DNA of 64,000 bases from contig NC_087462.1 of assembly GCF_036321535.1 (NCBI RefSeq), forward strand, positions 868,001 to 932,000, given 5' to 3'. The position numbers and the translations under genes are program-made. Below the pieces are notes generated by a model, which saw only the letters and a list, made by a program, of their open reading frames with translations, searched no databases and was not told the DNA's origin. Position 1 is the stretch's first letter. Every line of letters starts with the position of its first letter. Positions 1 through 14,272 of this stretch are shown here, piece by piece. Source of the DNA: Camelus dromedarius (Eukaryota).

Positions 1-909
1 CAGCTCAGAGAGCCAGGAAAAGGGGCACCTCCACCCAAATACCCAAAGTGCCCCTCCAAGATGGCACCCCCCCCATGCACCCCTTCTCCTCCCGTCCTCT
101 CCAGAGCTGCTGCCCTCCTGGTTTATAGGAGCAGGAGCAGGTGCGGCGGGGACCTCGTGCCCTTGCCCTCCCATCACCACCACGTGTCATCCCACCCTTA
201 AAAGTGCCTTTCATTAGCGAGCTGAATTCTCTGTAAATTTAAGGTCCTCTGGTCAAAGGGCACCAAGCAATCCATGAAGGGACTTCCAGCAAGCCAGGAG
301 CTCCCAGGACCAAGTTTGCTTCACACACGTCACACCTCGAGGGACATTTTTTTGTAGCCCCAGACACGGTGCTTGTATTCCACTGCGGACAGGGAAGGAT
401 GTCCCCTCGTTGGCCTGGAGTTTGATTGGCTCTCCCACTGGGACTGTGGAAGTGGCTGGGGAAGGCTTAGAACTCCTTCAAGACTTCTCACCTCCTCCAG
501 GCCAGCCCCACCTCCCCACAAAGCCACTTGGCTGAACCAAGCCCCATGCACCTGCTCAGGAGGGGCTGGAGGCTCAATGCCCCCACCCAGCAGGGACACT
601 GAAGCACAGTGGTGTCATGTGGAGGGAGGGGAGAACCATTAGCCTTTTCTCTTGTTTTAGCAGCTCTTTCCTACCCCAGGGCCTTTGCACGTCTGCCCCC
701 TCTTCCAGGACCATGCCTTTCCAGTGGGGCTGGTTGCATCCTCAATCCATTGTCACCAACATGCATGGGAACACGCGTGGGCTTACCTCTGCCAAACATT
801 TCACTGTTGTCTATATGCCACGTGTGTTTTTGTTCTTGTATGCCTCTGTTAATGTTTTCTTTTGCATTAAATGAGTATTTTCTAGTGTAGCATTTTAATT
901 CTTCTAATG

Positions 910-1083
910 ATTTTTTTTAATTTTAAAATTTTCTTTATATATTTTATTTATTTATTTATTTTTATTGGTGGTGGGAGGTAGTTAGATTTACTTATTTATT
1001 TTTAGAGGAGGTACTGGGGATTGAACCCAGTACCTTCTGTATGCTAAGCTTGTGCTCTTCCACTTGAGCTATACCCTCCCCCT
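910..1083 (-). mobile_element. tRNA-Ala(AGC)-derived SINE (camelid Vic-1-like)
   Basis: Minus strand GGGAGGGTATAGCTCAAGTGGAAGAGCACAAGCTTAGCAT...GGTTCAATCCCCAGTACCTCC with A and B boxes and an AT-rich tail. Family assignment from memory. Confidence 0.8.
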
Positions 1084-1149
1084 CAATGATATTTTTTTCA
1101 TTATAATTTCCGAGTTTCTTGGAAGTTGCTCTAGAGTTTACCATATATG

Positions 1150-1690
1150 CCTGTTTGGTTGTTTTCTATTGTGGCAAAATATAAGATTTACCATTTTTAA
1201 CCATTTTAAGGAGCACAGATCAGTGGCATTAAGTACATTCACATGGTTGTGTAACCATCCCCTCCATCTCCAGAACTTTCTCATCTTCCCAAACTGAAAC
1301 TTTAACTCCCCACCCCCCTCCCCCAGCCCCTGGCCCCCAACATCCTATTTCCTGGCTCTATGGATGTGACTCCTCTAGGGACCTCTTATGAGAGGGTTAG
1401 GTTATACAGTATTTGTCCTTCTGTCTCAGGATTCTCTCAGTGGTGCCCTCAAGGTCCATCCACATTGTAGCATGTGTCAAAATGTCCTTCATATTTAAGG
1501 CTGAACAATATTCCACTGTGTGGATGGACAACACAGTGTTTACCCATCACCTATTGATGGACGCTTGGGTTGTTTCCACTTCTTGGCTACTGTGAATCCT
1601 GCTGCTGTGAACATGGACGTGCACACCTATTCAAGTCCCTGCTTTCAGTTTTTGGGATATGGACCCCGGAGTTGAACTGCTGGGCCACAT
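1150..1690 (-). mobile_element. Old L1 (L1MB-like) 3' fragment
   Basis: Typical antisense L1M 3' end: tttaccatttttaacc...cagtggcattaagtacattcac...tgctgctgtgaacat. Confidence 0.7.
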
Positions 1691-2310
1691 GGTACCACAT
1701 ACATCTCAATTACTCGGATGGACATTAACTTAGGTCCAGTGAATACTGAAAGAACACTCCTATATAGTCCTAGTCCCTTGTCCCGAGCTTGCTGAAATTG
1801 TTACATATATTACATCTGTGTGTGTTACAAACCTAGTATTGCAATGCTACAGTTGTTACTTTATATAATTTTGTCTGTTAAAGGCTGGCTGGTCCCTATC
1901 AGGGACGCCTTTTCGGACCATCTGTGCCAAGCCAGTGTCCCACCCCTCCCGACGTTCCTCCTGGCTCAGACATCTGTATGCCCTTGTTCCTGGGCTTGGG
2001 CCTCGCCCACTGTTACGCGAGCTCCCTGGGGAAGGGCCAGCCCAGAAACCCTGCCCGACAGCGCCTACTGCAAACAGGCACTCCAGAAACACTCTTCACG
2101 TGTGGGCGCCGTCATGGAGATTACACAGCACGAATACGAGTTTCCGGAAGGGGCCGCGACGCGTCCCACGTCCCCCAGGTGAGGAAGTGTCCCAAACCCT
2201 CAGCGGCCGGCCCCAGCTTGGAGAGCACCCAAGAGCGGCGGAGGCTCCTTTCCGTCTCGCAGCCCGCACTCTGGCCTCCGACAACAGAGGGCGCGCGTTC
2301 TCCGTCGGGA

Positions 2311-2415
2311 AGGCGGAAGCGCGTGGGCGCGCAGGCCGGGGGCGGGGCATCGTGGGCGACCTTGCGATAACTGCGCAGGCGCAGAGGGGGCGGTCCTTTC
2401 TGAAGAGCCGACAAG
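2311..2415 (+). promoter_or_regulatory. RPS15 core promoter and 5'TOP: ETS/GABP CGGAAG (2314-2319), NRF1-like TGCGCAGGCGCA (2372-2383), pyrimidine tract TCCTTTCT (2394-2401)
   Basis: Motifs read directly inside a CpG island just upstream of the ATG. This is the typical ribosomal-protein promoter layout. Confidence 0.7.
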
Positions 2416-4056
<1,641 letters not shown>

Positions 4057-4057
4057 C

Positions 4058-4063
4058 AATAAA
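4058..4063 (+). terminator. RPS15 poly(A) signal AATAAA
   Basis: AATAAA immediately after the gap hiding exon 4, followed by a GT-rich element (~4104-4118). Confidence 0.85.
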
Positions 4064-5149
4064 GGCACCAACTTCTCTAGTCCTAAGTCTGGCAGGTCCT
4101 TAGCGTGTGCGGTGTGTCAATACCCAGGAAAAGGGAGCGGGACCGCATAAAACGTGGAGGCTCAGGTGGGCCAGTGCTGGACAGCACATTACCCTGGGTT
4201 TCCTGCTGTAGACACGGTGATAGCCCAGCTCGCTGAGTCTGAGGAGCTTTCCTGGGGTGTCTGGTGGGTGGGATCATGAAGTTGTTAAACAGAAAGCAAG
4301 GGTCACTGTGTTTATAATCTAATGGAGAAGACAGCTGACTTCAGGGAAGATTGCGTGACAAGATAAAGCGCTTAGGTTGGTCCAGTTTGGCAGAAGGACC
4401 CAAGCGTTGAGACCAGATTCTCTGTGGCCACTGTACTACAGTGTCTACCCTCTAACAAATCCCCCAGAAAAAGAGGGCGGTCACGTGAGGAACAGTCAGA
4501 ATGCTGCTGGACCTCCGGTTTCTAAAGCTCTCCAAGAACCAGGGCCCTACAGGAATGGTGGTTCCTGTGTGGGACTGAGAAGGGACAGGTGAGCCTGGAC
4601 TACACCTAGCAGGAGGAAAAGATGGGGAGGCAGCCTGTGGGCTCGGGTCACCAGAAAGCACTGGTGGGTGATGGAAAAGATGATGTGTAGAGAGCTGCCA
4701 CCTGGAAGGTCTCTGGGCCACATGGGCCAAATTTACTTCAGTGTGACCTCCCACCTCTGAACTGCCTGCCTGACCCCAGCAGCTAGGAAGAGAAGGACAG
4801 AGCAGGTGAGGCTTCATTGTAGATTCAGTTGTCTATTTTGGAATCTCCATAACTTAAAAAATGAAACTGATGACATGTTATTCACTTGGCAATTGGCAGA
4901 GGGGAGAGACGTGCCCAGAGCAAATGTGCCCTCCAAGGGGACATGGGTTTTGTTCCTGAGCATGAAAAGCTACACAGGTGTGCAGAGCTTTCAAGCTGCC
5001 AGGTCTCCAGGAGAAAAGGCAAGTTCCCTGGGGCGATCGAACCCCTCCATCTTGCAGGATGGGACGGTCCGCAAGATGGGACGGTCCTGGTGGAAGTACG
5101 GATGCCTGTCTGCCAGTGTAAGGCTTGTTGATGGGTTGGGGGAGGGTTT

Positions 5150-5265
5150 TTCTAAATAAAGTTTTATTGGCACACAGCCATACCGTTTCTTACTGGTTCT
5201 GGTGCTTTCTTGCTACAACAGGCCTGCGTAGCCAAAATTATTGACTGGACCTTTAGTGGGAAGCT
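5150..5265. mobile_element. MER58A-like hAT MITE fragment
   Basis: taaagttttattggcacacagcca...gctacaac...aaaattattgactggacctttag resembles the MER58A right half (from memory). Confidence 0.5.
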
Positions 5266-5354
5266 TCTTGTGTTCTATAAAAACGTGCAGTACCCTCCCT
5301 GAGACAGCAGCATCAGTGTGCCCCCCTACATTGGTCCCCCATAGCCCGTGTCAC

Positions 5355-6075
5355 TTTATTGAAGTATAGTCAGTTTACAATGATGTGTTATTTCCTGGTA
5401 CACAGCATAGTGATTCAGTTGTACACAGATACCTTTTCATATTCTTTTTCATCATAAGTTATTGCAAGATAATATAATTCTCTGCTGTACAGTAGGTCAT
5501 TGTTTATTTTATATAGAGTAATGTGTTTCTGCTAATCCCAAACTCCCAGTTTATCTCTCCCCATCCACCCTTCCCCCATGGTAACCATGAGTTTTTCTGT
5601 GACTCACTGTTTTGTAAATAGGTTTATGTGTCCCTTTTTTTTAGATTACACATATAAGTGACATCATAAGATTTTTTTTCCGACTTAGTATGACAATCTC
5701 CAGGTCCAACCATGTTGCTGCAAATGGCATTGTTTCATTCTTTTTTTTATGGCTGAGTGGTATTCCATGTGTGTGTATGTACAGCTTCTTTATCAGGAAA
5801 GTAGGTTGCTTCAGTGCCTTGGCTGTTGTAAATAGTGCTGCTGTGAACATTGGAGTGCATGTGTCTTTCCAAATTAGTTTTCTCTGGGTGTGTACCCAGG
5901 AGTGGAGTTGCTGGGTCATAGGGTAAGTCTAGTTTTAGTTTTTTAAGGAACCTCCATACTGTCCTCCACAGTGGCTGCACCGAGCTGCATCCCCGCCAGC
6001 AGTGCAGGAGGGGTCCCTTTTCTCCACATCCTCCAGCATTTACCATTCGTGGACTTTTTAATGATGGCCTTTCTG
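5355..6075 (-). mobile_element. L1 3' end (younger, artiodactyl-type)
   Basis: ctttattgaagtatagtcagtttacaatg... at the terminus. Minus-strand ORF remnants ([28 protein letters not shown]) match the L1 ORF2 C-terminus. Confidence 0.85.
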
Positions 6076-8126
6076 CGTGTCACCTTTTGAAGCTTTGAAC
6101 AAAACTTCCGCCCTGGTCACCACTGGCCACTTGAGTGCACTCAGGGCAGAAGCGGCAGTGATCATTTTTAATTCTTTAAAGCGATCACACTTCTGCAGTT
6201 TGTGTGACAATGAAGGGTGACTAGGAGACGTGTATTAGTATCATAAGTGAGACATGCGGCCTAGCCACACTGCGGCGCACGCTGCAACCGCAAGGTGGCA
6301 CCCTAATCCACGAGCACTTTCGGGGGTCCGGGGGGGCGGGGCAGGGGTCCTTGTAACCCCGGACAGCAGCACCCGGTCCCTCTCGTCTGGGCTCCGCCTT
6401 CAGACCTTCGCGCCCCATTTCTGCCTCTGTCCGCTCCCTTGGGCTCTAGAACAAGAGTACTTACCCCAAGGCCGCTGGCCGCCTCCACCAGCTCAGTCAG
6501 AGGCAGCTCCATCGCTGGGACTGGGGGCTCAGCCTGGCCTTCTGGTCGGTCAGCTATCTTCAGAACCTGGCTCGACCTCGTCCCACCGCCCCAACTACGA
6601 CCACCCAAGCGAGGCCTCCACCACCTCCCACCTGGATGTCAAAGGAAATGCAGGTCATCCTCCCCTTTCTTCCCCCACTGTCTTCCCCAGGCTCGGCAAT
6701 AACGCCCGGGGTCCTCCCGTGGTGCAGGAAGCCCCGCCTCCCCGCTGCTCTTCAGCCTCTCCAGGCGTTCCCCCTACAAGCCTTCCCACGGGTGGTGCGC
6801 TTTGCCCGGACGCCCTTCCCGCTGATTCATGGTACCACCTCCTGGAGACTAACTACCCTCACCATCCCCGCCAAAGTAGTGCCCCTTTCTCTTGCTGCTG
6901 CTTTGCCTTCCCTGGACATGGCAGAGCTTATGATAACGCCCCCTCCGCGACCCGCGCCGGCCCTACCCACCATCCTTCCCAACCACGCTCCTGCTGTCCT
7001 CCCACTGTCCCCCACATTTCCCCTACCCCACCCTTCCCGGACCGGCGGTCCTCTCGCCCCGGGTCTCTCGGCCCTGCCCACGGCCTGTTCTCCCTTTAGC
7101 CACCAGAGAACGCATGTGAGCACAGATGGGGCGCGTCCCTGCTCTGCCCACCGCACCCCCGGGCCCTGCACAGCCTGACCCGCCCTATCACCTCCTCGCC
7201 GTCACCTCCTGTCCCTTCCCTTTGTGCTGGCTGTTCTTCTGCCGGATGCTGTTCTCTCTTGAGTTACTTCTCAGGTCTCTCTCTATTCAAGTGTCCTTCT
7301 CAGCAGACCTTCACGCCCACCCCCCACCCCCGCCTCCCCTCGGCGCCCACAGCTAGAACATGTCTTATTGACTGTTTGTCCCTCTCCCTTCAATGTCAGT
7401 TGCCCGTGGGCAGGGGATTTGACTGTTTATTGCGCAGGGCCCAGAACACAGTAGGTGCTTAATAAGTGTTAGTTAAGTGACTGGTTATGCGTGGTATCGC
7501 CCCATCAGTCCTCTCCGTGCCCAGCGCCCAGCTCAGAACTTAGCAAACAGCAGGCGCGCAGCCCGTGTTTGCTGAATGACTAATGAACGGAATGCGCAGC
7601 CCCGGCCTCTGCAGAAACACAGTCCAAGCGCGCAGCGACTGTGGCCGAAGGGCGGAGCCCCGCTCCATCCCCCCGAGATCTCCATCCTCAGTGGGGCCCT
7701 TCCTACCCCGGGCCCACTTTCCAACCAGACCGCTCCCACAGCTCCCGTGAGAGCCCTTCCCCGCCCTTCCGCCGCCCCCAGAGAACCCTCCCCCACCTCT
7801 AGGGCTCCCCAACCTGATCAGACCCCTGCCCCTCCCCACTGTCTCTGTTCGCGCAGGTCCCCGCCCCCACCTCCCTCACTCGGGATCTCCTCAGGCCGCC
7901 CCTCCCAAGTCCTTAGTCCCTCGAGACACCGTCCCCTAGCCCTTGCGAGACCCCACACCCCCCTCATTCTCCCTCTTCGCGTTAGAGTCCCCGCCCTGGC
8001 CTCGCTGTGTGACCCCTCTCCACCCCTTGTTCCGCGCAGGCGCAGGGTGTCCAGGCCGGTCCCCCCCACCCCCACCCCCGGCGGTAGAGGGGCGGGGCGC
8101 GGGCTGGTCTAGGCGGCCGCGGCTCC

Positions 8127-8180
8127 ATGGGGCTCCTGGGGCTGCTGAGCCTGCTGCACTCGGCTTTCTTCGGGGACCAG
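8127..8180 (+). CDS. APC2: APC2 alternative upstream coding first exon, MGLLGLLSLLHSAFFGDQ, splicing in frame to the acceptor at 14255 (adds ALQELK before the canonical Met)
   Basis: 54-nt open exon in a CpG island, ending in a strong phase-0 donor CAG|GTAGGG. The acceptor ctctctcctgtggctccag|GCACTGCAGGAGCTGAAGATG is in frame. I recall a rodent Apc2 isoform with this N-terminus (not verified here). Confidence 0.75.
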
Positions 8181-8894
8181 GTAGGGCGCGGGGGTCTCGG
8201 CCACCGGGGGAGGGGCCTGACTGTAAGCACCGCTAGGGCGAGAGAGCCGCAACCCGGGACGGGATGAGGACCGCGGGAACGTGGTCGCGGCAGCAGGAGG
8301 CACACGGGCACGTGCACGAAATCTGGACGGGTCTGGGGTCTCAAGCAGTCGCTGTGGAGACTGTTGCCAGGGAAACCGCCTCAAGATGGATGCCGGATTG
8401 GGAGCCCCTCCCCCGCACCGCAGCGACACCCTCACTCGGGGTTTGCGCAAGCGCGGCCTTGCCAGGTCCAGCTTTCGGCCTCCGAGGGAGGCACCCTGGA
8501 CCCCTCCTCAACTGCACAGTCGAGGAAACTGGCTAGGGCAGAGGAGCTGCTGCCGGGACTTGCTGTGTCGAGGCTCCGCCCTGCCCAATCCGGTGGGGGG
8601 ACCGTGCCACGCCCTGCACCTCTCCAGGCCTCAGTTTCCCCTTCTGGACGCGGAGTGTAGGGTCCACTTAGATGTGCTCCCACGCTTATGGTTATAGTAA
8701 TATCCATCCCACCCGGCACGAGCTCTTTCCCGGCCGCGAAATCTTTCTGAATCCTGAGGCTAGAACATCCCCTCTTTAAGAGGAAACTGAGGCTGGAGGA
8801 GTGTAGCGGGGACCCCAAGGTCACGACGCAGGCAGGGCTGCAGCCTGAGCGCCGAAGGGAGGCGCCAGCAGAGGACACCACCTGGAGGCCGGCG

Positions 8895-8915
8895 GGAGCT
8901 GTCCGCGGTGCTGAC
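8895..8915 (-). promoter_or_regulatory. RE1/NRSE (REST binding site)
   Basis: Minus strand GTCAGCACCGCGGACAGCTCC versus consensus TTCAGCACCACGGACAGCGCC: 18/21 matches with both half-site cores intact. Confidence 0.85.
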
Positions 8916-11159
8916 GGGTCTTCACGCCCACACGCTCCACTCCCGGGAAACTGAGGCCCAGAACCCTGGTTAGGCAACCCATCCCGGGTTGGGAATCGGG
9001 AAATCAGCCTAGTCCGGCCAACCCCCCCTGCCCCTCTTCAGGGGCGCCCCCTCAACTGTCAGGGCCCTTGCCCAACCACCCAGCCCAAACCCATCTCTGA
9101 TCTCATGACCACCTCGTGCCTTCCTGCTCCGCTGCGCCCCCATCCAGCTCCAAGTTGAGGGACACCCTGGTTCCGCCCCTAGCCCCTGACACAGCGCAGG
9201 CTCAGTGGGGAAGGGCGAGGAATCAAGAGGGAAGAGACGCCCGGGGTCAGGCTCAGAAGGCCCAAAGACTGCTCCGTGAGTGACTGGCTGTGTGCCGGGC
9301 TGAGTCCTGGGGGGGGGGGGTGTTTCATGGTGGGGATGGGAAGAAGTGATCTTTGCGCGGTAGGGGGCGCAGAAGATGCCAGGGAGGGAGACTGGAGAGG
9401 GCCCCCCACTGGGCCTGGTGACTGCGCTTTCTCAGCTCCCTGAGATTGGGTCTGGGGTCCTGGGAGGCTCCTGAGTTTCCCAAGGCTCTTGTGGTCCTAG
9501 AATGTCCAGTGATCCTGAGTCTGGTTGTGGTTCAAAGATTTACGGGGTCAAGGATTTGGAGTGGTGTCAGGGACGTGATGTTCCAGAGGCTTGGAGACAA
9601 GGGCATTTTGCCCTAGAGCCTCAGCTCCCATGTGCCCTCAGCCTTCCAGGCCCCAGCCACACCCAGAGTGATAAGTGCCCAGGGAGGGCCTGATGGGGCT
9701 CATGCATGAACTCAAGCAATGTGCTCCCTGTCCTGAGCCTGTTTCCCCATGTGTACAAGGACAAGACTGGCCATGGGACCCTCCCAAGCTCTGCCAGCTC
9801 TAAGGGTCTGGCTGAGGGGCCTAGAGAGTAGTGACATCTGAGACTGGGTAGGGGAGCTGAGACTTAGGTCCAGTCGGGGTGGGGGCAGGGATTCTCCAAC
9901 CCACCTCTCAGTGATCAAAGGGGAAGCTGAGGCCAGAGAGAGACATGCCCAAGGGCATTCAGGGAAATCAAGGTGCAGCTGAAGCCAGGGCCCCAGGCTC
10001 TGTCCTCTCCCCACCCTCATTCTAGCTTTGCCCAGTCTGCCCTGCTTTTCCGTAGTCAGTTCAGCCCCATGACTCCTCCAGGGGGACTGCCCCTGCTCTA
10101 AATGCTTCATAACTTCTCTGGTCCAGCCCCACTGCCCTCTGTCCTCCGTGGCCCCCCAGGAGTCCATCTTTCCTGAGTGGGCTCTGGTTTCTCCTGGCTC
10201 TGGGCATTGCACATGCTGTTTCCTCGGCCTGGAATGCTTTTCTCCTCCTTGACCCCATGACCAACTCTTAGTCATTCTGAAAAGCCCCAGCACCAGTGTC
10301 CCCTTCTCAGTGCAGCCTTCCCAGCCTCTGGAAAGAGCCTTTCTGCCCACTGCACCCCCCTTCCCAAGCTCCACAGGCTGGGGGCAGCTGTGTCCAGCTC
10401 TGGAGGCCCTGAACATTCAGGCCCCCACATCTCCTGGTCCTGGTGCCTCCTTTGTCCTTCAGACAGCGGGCAACCTGAGCCACAGCTGCAGATTTGGGCT
10501 TTTGATGTTAAACCCTCAAGTGGCCTCTGGGGACCCATGGTTGATCTGAGACAGCTAGGGACATGTACTCCTGGTACCCCAGACCCCTCCCTCCTCTGGC
10601 TTCCCTTATGTGAAGGTGAATTATGGGTGCGACCAGAGACAGAGACCCAGACAGAGATTTAAAGAAAGCAGGGGGATGTGGGCAGGGACATGATGTCACA
10701 GCAGATGCCCACAGAGGTGCTGACCCTCTGCCAGGGAGACAAGGAGAAATGGGGAGAAATGCAGGGTCCCAGGTGCTTCCCAGCGTGCCTGCCCATCCAC
10801 CACGCTCAACTCCTACACCAGCCAGAATCCTGGGGTGGGGGTCCAGCTGGAACCCCAAACCTGGCCTGCTCTGACCCATCTGAACAAGACCAGGCTGGAT
10901 CTTTAGGGAAGGGCTTTCTGTCCTGCCCCTGGAGCTTCCCTCCCTCCACCTTAAGATTCTGATGTAACATCCAAGACTGGATGGTTTACTATCATATTCT
11001 GCAGATCCAGCCATGGGCGCTTCCAAGAGGCCATTTCACCCCAGAATGGGGTGGAGGACACGAGGTCGTGGTCCTCAGGGTGCGCCCTTCCTTTTGGGGG
11101 TTCACCCCCACACATGCACACCCCCTTGAACCCGTGCGGAGGTCCGATGCCCGGCGGCA

Positions 11160-11510
11160 GCCGCTGATCCCCGCCCCGGGCAGCCATTGGCTGTTGCCAT
11201 GGCACCAGCCCATCTTCCCGCTCCGCCATTGGCCGCCGCGCCTGCATCCCGCATCCTGCATCCTCCCCCGCTCGCTGTGGTCTCGCCCAGCGCCCAGAGC
11301 GGCGGCGCCGCCTGGTCAGGCCCGGACCGGGCTTTGTTCGCCACAGAGCCCCTCGCCCTCGACGACAAAACCCCGGAGCCCCGGAATCCACGCCCCGAGG
11401 CCGCCCCGTCCCTGGAGGACTGGGAGCTCGGGCGGGGCCCGCGGAGCTGGGCTGAGGGAGGAAGACCCAGGCTTTCGGCGCCCCGGCCAGCCGAGCCCCA
11501 GTGAGATAAA
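11160..11510 (+). promoter_or_regulatory. APC2 second CpG-island promoter and probable non-coding first exon
   Basis: CpG island with ATTGG boxes (11186-11190, 11227-11231), near-perfect RFX X-box GTTGCCATGGCACC (11193-11206), a GC box, and candidate donors at 11501 (gtgaga) and 11511 (gtaagc). Exon boundaries are uncertain. Confidence 0.55.
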
Positions 11511-14272
11511 GTAAGCGAACGCTTTCCCTGGGTGGAGGGCAGGGGGTGCGGCCTCCTCTTCTGCCGTGGATCTGCATCCCTTTCTCTCTGCCTCAGCACA
11601 CACTCCGAAGCCTCTTTCTTCAGCTTGGAGCCAGAGGAGAAACTGTCCCAGGGAGGTGGGCGTCTGCTGCGCAGCAGCTGGTCCCGCGCAAACACCCACT
11701 CACAGGTTTCAACACCCAGACCTCCCAGAGTCTGCGGGCAGGCCTGCTGTGTGCTTTAGGAGATGGTGCTGCACCTCTCTGGGGGCCAGTCAGATTAGAG
11801 GAAATGCGGCCCCTCGGTGCTCATTCAGACAAACCGCCAGCTCTTGGTGCTTTCCCGTCAGTGATGGAGATCTCTGATGCAGGGCCCTGAGGCAGCCTGG
11901 GGGCTAGGGGTAGGCAGGAGAGCTTCTAGGAGGAAGTTGCATGTGAGGGATAGCAGGAATCAGGAAAGGTGTTTGGGGTAGGAGAACTGAATGTGCAAAG
12001 GCCTAGGGGAAAGAGAGCTGCTGGTGGCAGTGATGTGGGGTGTGTGTGGAGGAGTCACATCTTATGCTGAGGGGGCTGGGAAGCCATGGAGACACTGGGT
12101 CAGGGAAGAAATGGAACTCTCCTTGTGACTTTCGAAGTTCCCTCTGGCTGAGCCTGCCAAGTGGACTGTGGGAGGCCAGGAAAAGGCTGGCAAGGCTTCC
12201 CTGGGAGGGTCCAGCTGAGCAGAGCTTGAGGGGTTTGTGAGAGTGTGGTGTTTGTGAATCCAGATTATAATGAGGGAGCCTGGTGGGCGGCCTTGCTGCC
12301 AAGTTCAGTTTGATGGGAACTCGGGAGTGACCACTAGGTGTGGGGGGAGCAAAGATGTCTGAAGCCTGGCCTGGGCCATTCCAGAAAAGCCCTGTGAGCA
12401 CAGCCTGGGAGAGGGCCCGGGTGGGGTGCTCTGGGTTTGGGGCATGGGAGGACGTGCCCAGGACGCGTGCTCCCCCCGGCCAGGCATGGCGTGATGGCTC
12501 AGCCAGGACACAGGGCTCCATCAGGACTGTAGGGGTCTGGCTGCAACCCTGGTCTGTTCTGATCCCCAGCTGGGACCCCTGACTAAGCCGTGGCAGGGAA
12601 GGCTGAGGTCGTCAGGTAGCCGGCCTCCCCCACCTGACACACTGTCCTCATGGGACTTCCCCATCTGCCTGGGACTTGCAAATTGCTCCATGATCACCAC
12701 CCCACCTAGACTCACATCAGCCCACAAGACAGGCCTGGCCAACCGAGTTCTCCCCATTCGTCAGACATGCAAACCAAGGTCTTGGGTCGGGAGGTGCTTC
12801 TGTGTGTCCAGCACTGCCTGGACTTCCAGACACTTCCAAGGCAGCATCTGGGTTCCAGTCATGCCTTGTGTGTCCACTAGCCTCCGTTACTCTCTCTGAA
12901 CAGCCTAATGGTGGTCCCTGAGACTCAGGATTGTGACAAGGAGTCAGATGACAGGGCCAGGCCCACAGTAGATCCTGAGCGGTTAGAATGGACTGACCCC
13001 ACTTGGGGCTGAGTTCTTCCCCCAACTCCAGGTCCAGCTGTGCCCTTGGGGATCCCAGGGTTGGTGGGGGACTCAGCAGGGGAGGAGGAGGAGGAGAGAG
13101 AGGAGGATAATGAGCCACTGAATGAATGAGGGCCGAGGGCTGCCAGGTTGAGGGGGAGAGGGAGGGATCAGGTGCCCTGCTGTGGGCAGGCAAGGGCTGA
13201 CTGATCTGGAGAGGGGGCTCAGGCAGGCGGGGCGAGGGGGCTCCCAGGGAGGAGGTGGCGGAGGGGATGGGCTGCCATTGGTGTACCTCAGACAAAGGCG
13301 GAGGGAGGGGGTGAGGGCTGATGGGAAGGGAACAAAGAGGACGGGGGGCCGGGGTTGGGACGGCTCATCTGGAGGGCCAAGCGCCAAGCAGAGGGAGGAG
13401 GCACTGGCCAGCTGGACAGAGGGAGGAGGCTGGGCTGGAGCAAGAAAGGACAGCCAGACACACAAAGAAGCCAGCGGCGGTGGCAGAGCCTTGGGGATGG
13501 GGCGTGGGACACCGGGGGCTGCAGGGGCTGGCAGAGGGCTGACCGGAGGGGCACCAGGCCAGGCAGGTAGCTACTCCAGGTCCAACCACTGATGGGGGGG
13601 TGTGGGGGCTGCAGGGCATCCAGGTTCCACACCCTCAGGGTGACCGTGGTAGGTTGGGGTCTGTCTGTCCTGCTGTCCAGCCACAGGGGCTCCACTGTCA
13701 GCCTGACCATGGCTTTCTTGGAACCTCCACGGCATTCTTGTCCAGCGACTGGACCAGGTGCCAGGCTGTCTACCCAGCCTCTGCATAGCTATCTTTATTC
13801 AGGAGAGGGTCTTGGCTGTCCATCCATCTGTCTGTCTGTCTCTCTGGCTATGTGTCTATGAGCCTGGTGGCAGTGGGCTGGCCAGTCCACCTGCTGGTTT
13901 AAACTATCATGCTGTCTGTCCTTCTAGGGGGTTGTCAGCATATATGTCCAGGCCCAGCAGTGAGGGCCGATGGCTATCTGGGTCTTGTCTGTTGGTCAGT
14001 GGGCTGTCTGTCTGAACACCTGTCTGATGGCTGTATCCATCTGTTTCTCGTTGTCTCTGCCTATGTCTGTCACTCCATCTGCCGTGTTGTCTGTCCCTCG
14101 GATTCCCTGGGCCAGCACTGTCCTCTCTGCAGCAGGCCACACCAGCCACTCTGGCCCAAGATCCACCCCAGGTTTGGGTTGTAGGGTTTGGGCTTAGGTC
14201 AGGGGCCAGCCCCTCACCAGGCCCTTGGATGATTCCTCTCTCCTGTGGCTCCAGGCACTGCAGGAGCTGAAG

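Noticed and set aside
1-900. Expected DAZAP1 3' end from synteny
   Set aside because: No recognisable DAZAP1 exon or poly(A) signal in the window; it probably lies upstream.
910-1083. tRNA-like sequences as functional tRNA genes (also 18453-18618 and 19428-19532)
   Set aside because: Diverged stems and AT-rich tails identify them as tRNA-derived SINE copies.
5054-5087. 17-nt direct repeat (gca(g/a)gatgggacggtcc) x2
   Set aside because: Only two copies in intergenic DNA; a trivial local duplication and not a CRISPR-like array.
6254-7178. 281-aa and 180-aa ORFs between RPS15 and APC2
   Set aside because: Pro/Ser-rich translations of GC-rich DNA with non-ATG starts, no splice or poly(A) support and no recognisable homology.
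13497-13566. Possible third APC2 first exon (MGRGTPGAAG...)
   Set aside because: The GT donor is phase 1 and does not match the phase-0 acceptors; it would need a GC donor, and there is no other support.
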